The position numbers were made by a program, and so were the translations under genes. 64,000 bases of DNA from Eledone cirrhosa (lineage: Eukaryota): the NCBI GenBank assembly GCA_964016885.1, contig OZ024761.1:10540001-10604000 (forward strand). Direction: 5' to 3'. Shown here piece by piece: positions 63,662 through 64,000 of the stretch; positions within the stretch are counted from its first letter, which is position 1, and every line of letters begins with the position of its first letter. The notes beneath the pieces are model-generated. The model worked only from the letters and a program-made list of their open reading frames with translations, searched no databases and had not been told where the DNA came from.

Positions 63662-63838
63662 CCTTATGATAGAGGTGATAGCGCCATGCAAGCATTACGT
63701 GTTGGTGATAGTGATTCCGATGATGATGATGATGATACGTGTCATGACAGCTCCGAGGAGGAGGCAATGGAGAAAGGCACTGCTCCAACTAAGGTTGGAC
63801 GGGAGTTAGAATGGGATGATTCCATCTTGTCTTTCTAA
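63662..63838 (+). CDS. CLSTN: Calsyntenin terminal coding exon O: acidic tail and W-acidic motif 2
   Basis: Long pyrimidine tract and ttttcag acceptor. Encodes PYDRGDSAMQ...DSDSDDDDDD...SSEEEA...RELEWDDSILSF, stop TAA at 63836-63838. Confidence 0.94.
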   Translation, partial: PYDRGDSAMQALRVGDSDSDDDDDDTCHDSSEEEAMEKGTAPTKVGRELEWDDSILSF

Positions 63839-63872
63839 AGACAGAAAATTGTGGAAATATTGCATGTATGTC

Positions 63873-63927
<55 letters not shown>

Positions 63928-64000
63928 ATGTATGTATATATATGTATGTGTGTGTGTGTGTCTTTGTGCGAGGCATATGCACACATACATACATCCATAC

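Larger units (their letters stand above)
34775..63838 (+). other. CLSTN: Calsyntenin (alcadein) gene body: 15 coding exons, 5'-incomplete (signal-peptide exon not located)
   Basis: The exons join with matching intron phases and GT-AG ends into 2900 nt (about 966 aa plus stop). Family motifs: DVDEYPP, LTTKHIGKGCDRDTYS, LNRHHYGLFVHG..LVFLLRRE, PAEWRW, DDWPLH, LVVGACWQG, YPTPGRR, TM helix followed by RIRAAH, MEWDNSALNITVNP, LEWDDS. Confidence 0.96.

Overview
Eukaryotic, AT-rich genomic DNA dense in microsatellites. The SINE, LINE and MITE repertoire points to an octopod cephalopod (inference). The only host gene I can support is a calsyntenin (CLSTN/alcadein) on the + strand. Fifteen coding exons between 34775 and 63838 join with consistent GT-AG phases into about 966 codons: two cadherin repeats, an LNS/laminin-G domain, a transmembrane helix, and a cytoplasmic tail with two W-acidic motifs. 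The signal-peptide exon was not found, so positions 1-34774 are probably a very long first intron. Mobile DNA includes a young RTE-clade LINE with an open 1002-aa ORF, a near-identical truncated sister copy, older RTE fragments, tRNA-derived SINEs (one family shares the LINE 3' end), a decayed DD37D (maT) transposon, TTAA- and TA-flanked MITEs, and Penelope-like remnants carrying minimal hammerhead-ribozyme motifs. Most notable: (1) tandem arrays that copy the gene's own splice junctions, including 13 acceptor copies before one exon and donor copies that have all lost GT; (2) several hammerhead motifs, including a back-to-back pair in a 130-bp palindrome; (3) a LINE/SINE partner pair with a 58-bp target-site duplication. 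Most ORFs in the supplied track are simple-repeat artefacts. All coordinates were counted by hand and no database search was run.
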